DNA from: Takakia lepidozioides
Lineage: Eukaryota > Plantae > Bryophyta
Length of the DNA: 64,000 nt
Reading direction: 5' to 3'
NCBI GenBank assembly: GCA_030704615.1
Contig: CM060732.1
Location: 11,222,001-11,286,000, forward strand
The notes under the pieces were generated by a model, which was given only the letters and a program-made list of their open reading frames with translations, was not told where the DNA came from and searched no databases. Positions 37,304 to 51,225 of this stretch are shown in pieces (the first letter of the stretch is position 1; each line of letters starts with the position of its first letter). The position numbers were made by a program, and so were the translations under genes.

Positions 37304-40300
37304 ATGTGGCCCACGAGGATAGCGTTGCATGCCGCGGCAGACCGGGTGAGGCCCACCCTCACAACCAGAGCACATGTCTTGGCTACCCGTTTTCAGCTTC
37401 AGAATGGCTCCATCTTTTTGGAGAAAGAGGTGTACGATTTGAAAGGGAAGTTGTTGAAATACTCTTTCCAAAACCGTGATGAGACGGCTCATGTCAGCCA
37501 GTGGAGAGTGCGCCCTGGTCGATACAGAGTACTTGGAGAGCCTCGGCGAAAGTCCCTTGGGTCATATGTGACGCCCGGGACTGCTGCTTCGGTTGTTGAA
37601 GACAAGAGGGAGGTGGTGGTGAAAAAATAACAGACGTCCTCCACTCCAATCTTTGAGCTTTCGGATTCGTCCGATGATGACATAAGTGAAATTCCAAATC
37701 CAGTCCTTCCTACTGTGGTTGGAGAAGCTGACGAAGAAGAGATTTGTAGTGTCATTCCAAAACTACGGGCGATGGGAGGAATGGCTGGATTCAAAAGTGA
37801 GTTGCGAGGAATTGATTGGGAATCTTTGAAGCAGGTGCCTGTGAAGTTCTTGCCAGAGACTTTTGATGGCGATATCCTATTCGAGCTGCCTCCTGCTCCG
37901 CGAGTTGGAGGTGTAAGAATCATGATGCATGGAATGGACAAGAAACACGATGGGCACCCGTGATGCAGAACAAAAACATCCAATATTCAGAATGATGACA
38001 AGCTTGTTTTCAGGAGAACAGTTTGCAATGGACACCTTAGGTGTGATAATTTGAATTGCAGATACTTTCTTCAGTCTGGGGTTCATAATCAAAGCGAATG
38101 GGAGGGTCTGGCAGAAAATCCATTCAGCCCGGGACTGCCCCACCACCGGCAAACACTTTCGTCTGCAAATTCTGCAAACTTGTGCCATCCTGCTTAGCGC
38201 TCTGCGGAGCAAAAATGTACTATGTTGTCCACCGTTTGAAAACAATGACAAGAGTTTGTGTGCATTTCGGATTCCATAACCATCCTGTCTCGAAGGGGGA
38301 TTACAGGAAGAGTGTTGAGACAGTATCGAGGTTGATTAAACAGGAGTTGAGGAGAAACCCATCCGCAACAACATCTGTAATTGCTCTTGGCGCAAACAAG
38401 TCCTTCTTGGAAAGCCATATTTTGAGTGAAGGGGATTCTGTGGGGACTAAACTTGACGATGCAGCATTGGACCTGGTCATGGATCATTTCTCCACTTTGA
38501 GTTCACCTAACATTCGGCATCAGATCAATGCATTAAGAATGGGCTCTGGTATCAGAGGCTACATAGACAACATTTTGGAATTGAAACGAGTGAGCAAGTA
38601 CGATTACATCTAGGACAATGTATTCCCAGGTCAAGGTGCCATCAAAGTTTTTCTTTTCAAAATGTCGACTGTTGGGGAGGGCAGTGGGGTTAGCCTCGTG
38701 AAGTGGGTGCAGAAGACTGGGGACTTGCAGAACTGTTTTCTTATGTTTGATCATGTGAAACGAGTGAAGGATTGGACGACAATGGCTTGTCATATCTACG
38801 ATCCAGTGTACCAACGAGTTATGACAATTGCAGTTTGTGACATGCAATCCGAGGATACGGAATCCCAGAAGCTCATGTGGAATTCCCTGATACGTGTCAT
38901 GGGCTGCCATCTCCAAATTTTGCAGGTTTCATGGCGGATAGTGCTCAAGCAAATTTCAATGCTGTTCGTATTGTCTTCGGATCGGGCGACCCAAAAGTGC
39001 CAATGCGAGGAAGAGAGCGTACATGTCTATTCCATTGGACACAATCTCTGGAAAAACATACAAAGTCGGACATCAAACCAGAGATGCAGACTCAGCACCG
39101 TAAATTGTGCAAAGAGTACAAAGATGCTAGAACAATGAAGGAGGCGGACACTTTGTTCCAGACAATTCGTGCATGGTGGTTCTCTTCTGGAGCTGCATCA
39201 CTTGAGAGTATGAGAGCATTGGAAGATTGGCTGACGTTTTGGCACTTACGGTATAGACAGTGGGGAGCAGCCATGGCAGTGGTACGAGGCTTATATTTCT
39301 TGCTTTATTCATACATTTATTTTCCATTTTATTGTCTTCTCGCTTTCTTTATGTTGTTTTCTGTTCACTGTTTTGAAGTGTGGTTCTCCACTTTGCAGAA
39401 CATGTCCATGAGGAAATGGCGGACATGCCATCTTGCAATTTGGCAGAAACTGTGCACAACGCATGGATGCAGCAGTCTGGGAAACGAGGTTGGGATTTGT
39501 ATGTGGCAACAACAGATGATTTGATACGTGCCTTGCAACAACAAACCCGATACCGTGATTTCTTGCGAGGTGGGGTTGGTGACAAGGGTCCGGACAAATG
39601 GGAGTTGATGTTGCGTGCTGCAAACAGATCTGGGGATCCAATCAAGATAGCACGGGCGGTGAGCATGTATGCCCAGGGAACGTCACTTGTTTCTAGAGTT
39701 CCACATCTTGAAGGGGAGGAGAGATTCGGCTCCTGTAAGAAGAAATTGAACACTCCACCTGGTTCGGATTCAGATTCGCACAGGGCAGACCGTGATAACT
39801 TCTCGAAGCCTCGTGTTCCCCTGCATGACAGCTCCATGTCCGGAACCTCCATTGTGGAGGAACCTCCAACACGACGGCAAGCTCCAGCATCAAACAGTGC
39901 CACTAAAATGGTGCAGGAGAGAAACAACCCCCTTGATGTGTTTGAGTCCGCATGCCCCGACCACGTTTGGTACATAGAACGCACAAGTGTAGGGTCTCGT
40001 GTGAAATGTACAGCGATCAGGGCAACTAATTTCGAGAAGTGCACTTCATCTATATCCAGAGGTGGTGCCCGAACTCCTGCTCCGACTTTCACGGGTTTGA
40101 TGCGTCCATACGGTCAACCAGAAGCCAAGAACGACAAGTTATGGTTCTGCGCAGATGATAGTGCCAGATGTGTGCATGGAACTGTGCGTCCTTCCGTAGT
40201 GATGAAGCCATCTCCTCCAACCGTTTGGCCCGTGAAGGTGGGAACACATCTCAGATTTCAGGAGATTGAAATGCTGGAGGAGGCAGGCTTTTCCCTTGCG

Positions 40301-40783
40301 AGACAACCCCAACTCCATGCATGTGCTACTACTTCTGCATCCTCCCGGGTCCCCTCGGCAAATCCTGACTTGTGGCCAACCAAACGAGATGGAAAGCTCG
40401 TTCGGCGTGCCCCTCCAACCACTAAACACTTTGGCAAAGTGGAGTCCGCAAGAATGCTCCAAGCTGGTGTTGGAAGCACCACGGAAGTACCCGATCCAGG
40501 ATATGGTCGGGTATTCACAATCATCATTTCCACATCTGCTGTTCATGACAGGACCTACGACATCACGGTTTCCAATTTCCCCAATTGCACATGTCCTGAT
40601 TTTGTGAATATGCTATCAACCAGTTTAGGCAAGAGAGGTAAATTCATACCTTGCAAACATTTGTATTTCATATTTTTGAAGAGGATGGTTTGTGATCCCA
40701 AACGTGACAACTTCATTCACCAGGCCACTATGAGTTTCAACGAGGTCGATACTCTATTGCAGCGGGATACAACACATGGGTAG
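37304..40783 (+). pseudogene. MULE-type transposase with GCM/WRKY-like Zn region and SWIM finger
   Basis: DKKHDGHP*; CNGHLRCDNLNC; CKFCK...C...C...HFGFHNHP; FLMFDHVKRV; GFMADSAQAN; RTCLFHW; NLAETVH; SWIM CTCPDF...CKHLY. Several premature stops. Confidence 0.85.
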
Positions 40784-41386
40784 CATCAACTATGCAATGT
40801 GGTATGTGGACGACCATGATTTGAAATGTGTAATTCACATCAATTCGTCGGCGGTGCAATGATATGGCCTCCAACTATACGGAGTGAGCTCTGAGTGACA
40901 ACTTTTAAAAACATATTTGTCATTGCACCGTTCGAAGTCTACATGTCTTGCTGTCGCTATGCACTACAATCATCTTTTGAAGATGATCCTAACTCTCATT
41001 GTTATTTGAGGAGGGAGGAAGGTCTTCCCGTGGCAGCCTCTATGGCGCACACTTTGTAAGGATATTTTCTCGTCCTCGTAATTGTAAAAGTGAAACAAGC
41101 ATTTGTAATTGCACAATGTTGGATGCTACAATTGTAGGCCTCATGGTAGTCTTGATTCTATTTAGGCAAGATTCCCTGCATTAATTCCACAGTCATAGGA
41201 CCATCCTCGGTTATAGGCGGCGCATGTTAATGCTGACGTGGCAGATGACGGACAATGCCACGTCATCATTTGCCGCCACATCAGCATGCTGACATGACGT
41301 TCACGCCACGTCAGCGTGGGTGCAGGCTCACGCCACGTCACTCCTGCGTGAGCGTATGCTCGCGCGCTCACGCCATCGCGCCGTTG

Positions 41387-41595
41387 TATGTGCAGCATGG
41401 GTATGGGATTAAGGCTTTGGAAACCTAGGAGCAAATGATGTGGGAAGGGATGAAGCGAGACTAGGTCATGTTCATTTGTGTTTCACTTGTGTTTGTAATA
41501 TGCATATGTGAGCCTAGCAGCCCTGGGAAGGGGCAAAGAGGTTCATGGTGACATTATCAAAGCTGGAATTGTACCAGATGTCATTCTGAACATTC
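41387..41595 (+). pseudogene. PLS-class pentatricopeptide repeat fragment
   Basis: YVQHGYGIKALET*EQMMWEGMKRD*VMFIC...SLAALGRGKEVHGDIIKAGIVPDVIL matches the P-L-S motif consensus. Confidence 0.8.
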
Positions 41596-41797
41596 CCCTG
41601 GCGTACCCCGGTTATCAGCGTCACGTCCGTCCGTCAGTGTCAGGTCACGTCAAACCTGACGCTGACGGGATCTCCGTCACGTCAGGTTCGGGAATATTTT
41701 GGTAAAAATAGTACCAGGTAAAATACTGCCACTTAAGCAGCCACGTCGCCGACACGGTGGCGGTGGCAAATACATTTTGAAAATTAACAAAATGAAC

Positions 41798-42556
41798 GCG
41801 ATCGCCAATTATGGCGGTCACTTTGTTAAAAAAGAAATAGCGACCGTTATAATTGGCGGTCGCTTCAATTTTTATTTTTTTTAAAGCAAGATTGGCGGTC
41901 GCACTGGCAGTCGCTTTATTTTTCGAATTAAAAAAAAATAGTGACCGCTATCTTGGCGGTCGCTTCAATTTATTTTTAAGAAAAAAACAAGATTGGTGGT
42001 CGCATTGGCAGTCACCTAATTTATAAAAGAAAACAAGCGACTGCCGTATTGGCGGTCTCACAATTTTGTAAATATGTACAGAACAAGCGACCACCATATT
42101 GCGGTCGGATAATTTCAAAAATATAAAAAAAAAAACAAGCGACCGCCACACCGGTGGTCGCTTGTTTTAAGACAATACAACATTTGCGACCGCCGGTGCG
42201 ACCGCCGTACCGGCGGTCGCGTTAATTTAATAATATATAAAATAAAAGCGAGCGCCAGCCTGGAGGTCGCTTAAACTTGAAAAAATAAAGATTAGAAGCG
42301 ACCGCCTTACTGGCGGTTGCGTTTTTTTTTAAATAAAAAAATAAAAACAACCACCATATTGGCGGTCGCTTTATTTTAAATATATTAATAAATGAGGCGA
42401 CCGCCATACGAGCGGTCGCTTAAATTTAAAAATATACAAAATAGAAGTGACCGCAATATTGCACAAAATGAAAGGGAATAAAAGCGACCGCAATAAGGGC
42501 GGTCGCTTGTTTTTCATAAAAAATAAAAATAGCGACCGTAGTATTAGCGGTCGCTT
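41798..42556. repeat. Array of about 16 short palindromes (GCGACCGCC-N~5-GGCGGTCGC) with AT-rich spacers, ~50-bp period
   Basis: Units near 41798, 41840, 41893, 41941, 41994, 42037, 42087, 42139, 42186, 42248, 42298, 42349, 42397, 42447, 42484 and 42532. Confidence 0.92.
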
Positions 42557-42984
42557 AATTTTAAAATTATAATAAATATGGTTATACCACTTTTTTCGGG
42601 TGGGCGCTATTGGTTTGTCATTTATTCATTTCACTTTTATTTCACTTTCGTCTTTCTTGGATCATATATAAGGGACGAACGTCACCAAGCTCCTCACTTC
42701 TTTTGGCGGAAGCACTTGAGGTTGTTTTGGATGTTCTCTTCCATTGAACGAGAGTGTAGCCCAAGAGGAAGGTGCGCACCTTTTGCCATTGTGGCTTCCA
42801 CCCAAAGCCACTTCAGCAGATTGTGTATAAGCTCAACACTACAACTCACATCGACCCACGTGGGTTGCTGACAGGTATAGAAGTGTTGGGCTATCGCATT
42901 GCACTCTACATTCACAACACATTCATTTATAGGTGACTATTTTTTGTTATTTACATCGGTAGGGCCCAGGGGAGTGGATATTGG

Positions 42985-45720
42985 GTGAAGATGAGGGATG
43001 AATGGAGCCCTTGGTATACGGCAATCCTGAACACTGTCAGTGCCACTGGTAGTGTTGAGTGCAACCTATGTGGATTAAAGCTTTATTATCGTAAGGATCG
43101 GTTGCTCGCTCATCTCGGCTATAGGGGTGTGAAGAGCGTTGGGGTGGGTTTATGCCCTAAAGCATCTATGCGGGTAAAAAGCCACTTTGCCCAGTGTGGA
43201 GGCAATATTCCAATGTCTCTGGATCTGGAGATGACTTCTGAGCAGAACACTCCATCTTCCCGTCAGGATGCCCCGATTAGTACCCAATGCGACTCTTGTG
43301 AGGCTTCATGTGTCCTTGGACAAGTGGGTTGTGCCGGAGCAACACCTCTTTGTTTCCCTATACTTCAACGGAATAGAGGATTACGGCAGCAATCCATGCA
43401 GGAAGATCTTAACTTGTTTGCGAAAAGACAGTTGGATAAAAAATAGGCGTAGTTTTTCTTCGAGGCCAACATACCATTTAATGTGGCAAGGCTTCCGACA
43501 TTTGTTTCTGCCATTAGAGCAATCTCGGAGTCCAGATCCACGTACGTACCTCCAACTTATCACAATATCCGCACATGATTGCTAGAAGACGCCATGACCG
43601 AGCTTACCCAAAAGGTCAACGATAGGACGGACGAGTGCATTAGAAAATATGGAAGCACTATATGTGCCGATGGTTGGAGGTCTGTTATAAACAGACCGTT
43701 GTTCAATGTCATGCTCATATGTCCAGCTGGGGAACAATTCTTGGGATCGGTCGACACTAGCAGCGAGAAAAAATATGGACGTTATCAATGCCCACTATTG
43801 ACGGACTTCATCGAACAGGTCGGAAGTGATAGAATCGTGCAAATATGCACAGACAATGCCGCTAATATGAGAAACACTGCAGACATGTTGTTGGCATGTT
43901 ATCCCCATATGTACTATCAAGGTTGTGTTGCTCAAATCCTTGACCTCCTTTTGGAAAATTGGGGAAAAGAATAGTGGGTGAAACAACCTGTCAAGCGAGC
44001 GAAGACTGTTGTGTCGTTCATCCGCACACACAATTCTCTTTCTCTGCTCCTTTCCATAACTTGGTGGGCACTGACCATGAGCAAGGTAGTATCTGATTGG
44101 CCACCACATCCTTTTGGCAGTATATAGGAGACACGAACCCAAATACAACCTCCGCAATTCAGGCGAAACTCATTTTTCCACTAACTTCTTGATGGTGGAT
44201 CGGTTGGTGACGGTGAAGAGCAGTCTGGAGCACACCATCATCGATCCTCAATGGGATGCGTATACACGGTCATTGCGGGACTGTAGAAAAGCCAAAATCA
44301 TTGGGCAAAAGTCGAAAAGTTCGAAATAGCATTCGCAACGATGATTTCGAGAAGAAATGTGAAAACTTTGTTTATATGGTAGAGCCGGTGTTAATCGTCT
44401 TGCGGGAGTTTGAAGGAAAGCAACCAATAATGGGCAAGGCATGGTTACTAATGCAAAATCTTGAGAAACATGTCCAATCCTTGAGGCATCCCTTCTCCTT
44501 AGAACTTGAACTTGCGGACAGTGTTGAGGATGCATTTTACGACCGTTGTTCAATGGTTCGAACGGATACGGGGGCTTTGCTCAATCCATTCTTGCTCGAC
44601 AATACCATGTTCCGATACGACGCTGATGCCAAGGCCGGCCTCGTGCGAGTGCTCATGTGACTGGCTCCGCCGAACATGGCAGAGAGAGCTATATCCGAGT
44701 ATCAATGCTTCTCAGATCACTGCGACCCTTTTGAGGACATGCCGGATCCAAAGAGCTCAATATGTTGCCACATGAATGGTGGGATCTGATTGGAGCTGGA
44801 GCAAGAACATTGGCTCCCATTGCGAAGCATATTCTTGCTCAAGTGTGCTCTGCCTCATCTTGCGAACACAATTGGAGCAGTTACTCATTTGTTCACAACA
44901 AGATTCGCAACAGATTGAATCCCGCGAGGGCTGACAAATTGGTGTAGTGTATACCAATTGCCGACTGCTACGTGAGAGGGCATCGAATGATGCTGCAGCA
45001 TGATATGAGAGGAATTTGCATTCGGAAGACTCTGCTTCTGAGGTAGATCCGATGAGTGACGATACTAAGCCTCAGAGGGAATTATCTCAGAGGGATCATC
45101 TGCCTTCGATAGTGAAGATAAATCCGATGATACTCCCGAAAATACGTATGATCCGTTTACATTCACAGAGGATGATGCTTATATCCAGCCGACCTTTGAT
45201 GACCTTCTTGAAGAAGTGCGTATCGCAGATGACGGTGAAGCTGCAATTGTGTCATCCCCAGATTATGGTCCTCAAAACGAAGTTGGGATCGACCCTCGCC
45301 CCCCACTACACGCTGAAGCCACCGGTAGTGCCCCAATGGAGCTTATGGGTGATGAACTTCCAGGACCAAGCGACGTACGCAACCCTGTTCATACAAACAA
45401 TGTGTCGAACCCATTGTACAGTCAACGGGAGGGGATCATGCCTCACTGATACGACCAACTCCACCACAATGCCAAAACCGATCCAGCTCCCCAACAACAC
45501 AGCGGGCATTAAAGAACAACAAGGTTGATCTGTTTTTCACACGCACGCATTATTCTGCTGCATTGGACCGGGCAGAAGTTGAAGCCTCGGATGATGACAA
45601 CCTGCCCCTACAATTCCACCTTAACTGACGTGTTCCGCAGCAGACTCATGGTTCCTCACATGCCGGACCATCTAATGCCGGTCCATCTCGGGCAGACCCC
45701 CCTCCGGTATCTCATTTGAG
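42985..45720 (+). pseudogene. hAT transposase (BED finger, DUF659-type core, hATC dimerisation domain)
   Basis: VECNLC...RLLAHL; FFEANIPFN; TICADGW; IVQICTDNAAN; GCVAQILDLLLE; WWDLIG...ILAQVCSASSCEHNWS...RNRL. Many stops and frameshifts. Confidence 0.92.
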
Positions 45721-45769
45721 ACCATCTTCGATTGCGTCCCAGGTCCATAAACGACAAAGAACAGTCCAA

Positions 45770-46860
45770 CCTTTTGTGGGCGATCGGCCCACAAACACAC
45801 TGGGACCATTTTGCAAAACCGACAAGCAAACATCTTCCCGCTGGGAGGGGCACATCTTATTTTGAAAGGGTTGTCTGAGATCCCCTCCCATTCCTTTTCA
45901 TTTGGTGAACCCGACATCCTCAAATGCTGGCAATCTGCATTTTCAAGCAAATGTCCAACACAAGCATATCTGCGAAATTTCAACCCATGAGAATTGCATA
46001 TATTCGAAGTCTTTGTTCGGACCAAGGATGCCCATCATGCTTCTTGTCCATGCCTTGCATGAGTCCTGCCAATCCTCCAGAAGAGGTCGGAGGTGGCAAT
46101 TCAAAAAGGATATGACCATCGAATTTTGCTGGAAGAAACTTCGCTCTTTCAATCTTTAGTGTTTCCCAGACAATGCCTCTCACATCAGTTCTAGTACCTG
46201 TTATCCCTCTAAGAGACCGCAACATCGGAATGACACTAGCAATCTCCTGAACATCTGGGTCGACTGAGTGTGGCTGGTTTGGAGGAGGAGGAATTTCGGA
46301 GATGTCGTCTCCATAACTATCAGACAACTCCACAAATGTGGTGGAGGTGGTGGGTTCTTCTGTTTTGATGGCAACAAGTTTTGGGCCTTGAGTCACCGAA
46401 GCAGCTATTCCGGGAGTCACAATAGAGTTTCCTGAGAGATGTCTTTGATCCCCATGAACTCAAAACTTTGTAGGTGGAACTCTCCACTCTCGCCGACCTT
46501 CAGATATATGTGGTTTATGAACCGTTGTGCCCTCGACCTTGCCCGTAACATTGTACAATTCTCTCACCACATGAATAGTCCCTGGTTCGTAGCGGAAGGT
46601 TACGCATATCAAGTCCTCTTCCATAGTTCAGCCAGCCCATTGTCATCCGCCACGGCGCTAAGGTACTCCGCCTGTGCGTTGGAGTAGAAAATTGCGACAT
46701 CCGAGGTGCCAGACATTGCGCACATGACGAGGTATTGTGGGTCAGTGGAGAACACGGGCAAAGTGCTAATCAGGATTCCAAACCCGAGACTCCCCTTCAG
46801 TGATGGCACATGCCGAAGGTGTTCCTGATCCGTCTCCACGTGCGTGTCATTGAGTGGCAA
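45770..46860 (-). pseudogene. N-terminal part of a second GCM/SWIM-type MULE transposase, truncated
   Basis: KFLPAKFDGHILFELPP...GMDKKHDGHPW...RTKTSNI...EWEG...CRFCKMVPVCL, paralogous to 37630-38200. Confidence 0.85.
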
Positions 46861-47549
46861 CCATGCACTCCCTATACACTGCCAGTCTAATCTTCCGTTA
46901 GTTGCAGAATCCCCAGAAGCCCCAAACCATTATGTCGGAAATGGATTTGCAGCGGATAATGGCGGAGCACCCAAAAGATGGAATCCAATGTCTAACGAAT
47001 GCCAGTGACAGTCAGGATCCACATGTCAGGGCCGCCATTTTGAATCCTACATACGCGAATCTGACAGTGGATGTACAGAGGTGGGGACAAATGTCCAATC
47101 CGACGCCATGCAGGCACGCCACCAATACGCCCCCCTTACTGCTCCGCTGCAAAACATAAACGCACATGGAACGCACCAAAAATCCGTTAAGTCACCGGCA
47201 ATTCCAGCCATTGATACGCAGAAAGAAACCCTAAGAGAAGTGCAATCGCGTCATCCACTGACGGGATGTCTTCCTAACCGCTTGCCCCGCCACTTCCTTT
47301 CTCTCACTCGTCACACTGGAGCCTCTCAAGAACGACAACGTTTCTGCAAAGAAGAGAGCCAGGCAAAAATCCCTATACTTCACGTCTGCGAGACAGAGGC
47401 AAAAAGCGAGAGAGAGGATGAAGAACGCGAGAAGGGCCCTACATCTTGGAGAGGGAGAGAGCGAGGGTGAAGTTGAGTTTTGTGAGAGCACGCATGGGTA
47501 GGGGCTCATTTCAGACACAGTACTTGAAGAGCTTCTTCAGAGGCCACTA

Positions 47550-49990
47550 TTGCGTGAGTTACCCACACTGGTAGAGGGTTTGGGGTTGAGTATGCAAGCC
47601 ATGCAGGAGGGTTCAGACGTTTCGCCTGCGGAGGTGCAGTCAAGTGAGCATGGTGCGCCGAGGGTTCTCAAAACTGTGGGAGGGGCACCAAGCGTAGAGG
47701 CTTCTTTGCACTCGTTGAAGGACAAGAGTCGAGCGCAAGGGAGCATGCGCGGAGGAGATTTTGGCACATCCAGCGGAGGCCAGAAGCCAGCACATGTGAG
47801 TTGCACGGTACGGTGCATTCTTTGTTTTGTGGAACATTACAGAATCGGAAATGGGGAGGCAGTTTTAAGGTGTCATTGGCGACACCGTAATAAGAGCTCT
47901 CATCTTCCCCACCATTACGTTGTTGATGGTGCCCATCAAATGCACATGATGTGTCCCGACATGTAAGTAGTCTTCAAGCAATTTCTTAGTGTAGCAGTTG
48001 AAGTTGTTTGGGATTCTAAGCATGGTGGTGAGTGGGGCCACAGAGGCCAAAATTAAGGTGGCATCAACGCCACCTTAATCTGCCTCCTCAGAAGGACATG
48101 TGACAATGATGCAAGAGTTTCAACGGAGGCACGAACTGGCCCGGACTGCAGAAAATTCAGTCTGAGGAGAGCTAGATTAAGATGTCGTTGATGACATCTT
48201 AAATTGATCCAGAAACTTATGCTGAAGGGTATGACATTTTGTAGAGAAAACACAAAAAGACGGGGGAGAGGGAGTTCCCCAGTGAGCAAGAGGGAGGCGA
48301 GAGGATGGAAACGATACAGGAGGAGGAGGTTGCCGTGCAAGAGGAGGAGGTGCGGATTCAGGACAAGAATCAGCTGGATGTGGCTATTGTAGACATTCCA
48401 GCAAACCCAGAGGTTCCTTTGCGAACCATTCAGGAGAAGAAACAAACACAATGAAGCATGCGAGCAGCACAGACGGGGTCTTCAAGCGGTGCAAAAAAGC
48501 CCCCACAGGCAAGTTCAAGTGCCATAGTTTTTTGTTTTTGCACTGGAATGCATGATGAGAGGCCCTACATTAAGGTATCGTCAACGACCTCTTAATCACC
48601 AACTCTTGGCATCCCTTACATCCCTTACATGTCCTACGATGGTTCTTTACAGTAGGAAAAGACATTTTGTTGCGGATTGTGTTCATGGAAGCCTAGCAAG
48701 ATTAAGGTGTCGTCAACGACACCTTAATGTGGCCCTGAATCTTATGCACTTGGAGTTGGATCTGTCTAGAGAAAGAGGAAGAAGGCTGGGGAAAACCAAC
48801 CTCCAGAGCAAACAGTTGACCAGGAAGGGGGGCCTCAAGACGTGGATGAGAACTATGAAGATAAAGTTCATTCCATGATGCACACATCAAAGGTGAACTC
48901 CAGAAAGGTCATCAACTCCATGGAAGTTCCATAGGGTACTCTTTCCATTCCGCTGTGCGGGATGATTTCGATGCCTGCAGTTCGCCCTGCCCTCCATCAT
49001 GATACTAAGAAGCTGTAAGGAGATTTTATCCACGGCTACTTGAAGGTTTTGGCGGTTTTCTACATATCTATCACATACATTAAGGGAGAAAAGCAGTTGG
49101 TGGATGACACTGTGGTTGCGGGATGCGGCCCATGCTGGAGAGAAGTGAACACAGAGTTTGAGGCAGATCTTGCCAGAAACCCAAGTCACCTTCAGTAAAA
49201 AAATGATACTTGGTACACCCTAACGAGGGGGGCATCCCTGGACTACTTATACGCGATAAGTGCACCTCCTGGTTAGATCTCCATGGTTTTCAATACTCAC
49301 TGTCAATGTACACATCCATCTAATGCTAATATGAATGGATTGTTTTCTTGTGGCAGCAAGAAATTGCCGAAGCTGGTGAGCGAGCCAAACAGAGTATTAT
49401 GCAACTACTGATGAAGAAGAAAGGACAGCCAAAGGGGTGGAGACCAAAATCAAGGCAGAGATGACCAGCTGCAGGAGCTCCTCAAGAGTGGGTTCGACAA
49501 ACAAATAAGGATTGCTGACCCTGGACTGGGAAAGGGGTTTTTGGTGCAGGTGAGAATCCATTGGAACAAGCCCACCAAACCAGGGATGACGCAGGAAAAG
49601 CTCCATCATCTCTCCATCTCTATGGTAGATCTAGCCCAAGAACTGAGGTGGCTGGAGATTTGGAATTCCAATCCCATTATCCGGGACACAAACAACTTTC
49701 CCAAGGCAGAACAGGATCCCGTTACAGGGGTGGTGAAACCAGTGAGCGACCAGGCTTTCGATACTTGGTTGCACAAAGCGACATTCTGGAGCCAGGTAAT
49801 ATTGTCTTGTATTTTCGCAATTGTGAAGTATGAGGCCATGTTAGTTTCCAATCCGACACTGAGTATGTAATGGCTTTTTTGCAGCTAGAGAAGCAGACAA
49901 TAGATACATTTGAGAAGTCCCTCTTGGACTACAAGATCACAACACTACAACAGATCCCAGCTTTTACGTCTGCTATTTTTCAGTCGTATC
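47550..49990 (+). pseudogene. Decayed multi-exon paralogue of the 51226-55442 gene (middle region only recognisable)
   Basis: WYTLTRGASLDYLYA and QEKLHHLSISMVD...RWLEIWNS...FDTWLHKATFWSQ match the 54233-54850 region. Start is uncertain. Confidence 0.75.
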
Positions 49991-50439
49991 AGCCTTTATG
50001 ACGGGGGTTGCTACACCGTGAGCTTGGAGGCGTGAGCCTGTGAGCCCAGCATAGGCTCACGCCACGTCATTTATGAATTCCGAACTTACAGGGCGTATTT
50101 CCGCGGGAGGCGTCTATAGCCGCGGATTGACTTACCCTTTTCAGTCATTGCAGATAACGTCTTTTACATCCATCCCACCCCCGGCCCTCGTGTCATAAAC
50201 AACGATTTGATTAGTGTTCAATTGCCGAAGTGAGAGAGAATGAGGGTGCTGGTTACATGAAGCTTTCTTACCAGTCCAAACGTAGTAGCAGCTTACAGTG
50301 CAGATCCCCAGACCCAAAAGCTAGTGGAGTGGAGTTGAGGCTTGGACACGTGAAAATCGCCCACATGGAATAGTGTAATTTCTACGAGATGGCTAGGATG
50401 AATCAATGTATGCGGTTTGACTTGACACAAGCGAATGCA

Positions 50440-50790
50440 CTTTTGGCAGGTTCCCCGCAGATGCCTGAAAAGTAGTTTGTGGCACCCACACACGTTTTTT
50501 TTTTTTTGTTTTGTTCCCACGAAGATGCCCTGAAAGTAGTGTGCGGCACAGCACAATCCTTTCGGGGCATCTGCGGTGCACGTTTTCTCTGCAACTGCCC
50601 ACCCCACACACTTTTTCTTTTTCTTTTTCGTTCCCATGCAGATGCCCTGAAAACAGTGTGCGGCACCGCACACTGTTTCCAAGGCTTCTACGGAGCACGT
50701 TTACTGTGCAGATGGTCATCCCACAAGAGTTTTTTTTTTCGTTTTTTTTCGTTTTTTTGGAAAACAATGTGCAGCACCGCACACTTAATG
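50440..50790. repeat. Degenerate tandem/inverted repeat cluster (GATGCCCTGAAA...GTGCGGCAC.GCACA with T tracts)
   Basis: About 5-6 related units are visible. Confidence 0.8.
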
Positions 50791-51225
50791 TAGAGGATAA
50801 AGGCACAGCTTGATAATCTGTGCAGCAGGGAAAGCGGTGCCACCATCTTCTTGGTAATGATCGATTTCTGGAGGATATGCTTACAGGGAGATCGGCGTGG
50901 CATACGATGGAGCAATCAGTTAATAGGCGGTGCCGTCGCTGCTATGGTGAATGGGTAGCTTAGGGCTTGCTGGAGGATAATCGTGTAGGGAACAACTAGG
51001 TAATTTGTGTTCAAGCCAGGTGAAGGGAGGCGTGAAGTGCCATTGCTTCGGCATAAACAGGAAGCAGAAAATTGGAAAGGGGGCTGTCAAAAACAGACTC
51101 GCCACAAATGACCGTATCTCATGAAGATCCACCGCTGCCTTTCCTGAAAGACAGCCTGAAAAAGTTATTACTATAACTTTGATGTTATTGAGAATTGAGT
51201 ATGGCTCCCAAAGAGGGTTTAGCAC

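Noticed and set aside
41798-42556. CRISPR array
   Set aside because: Repeats are degenerate, spacers are short low-complexity A/T tracts, there are no cas genes, and the context is eukaryotic.
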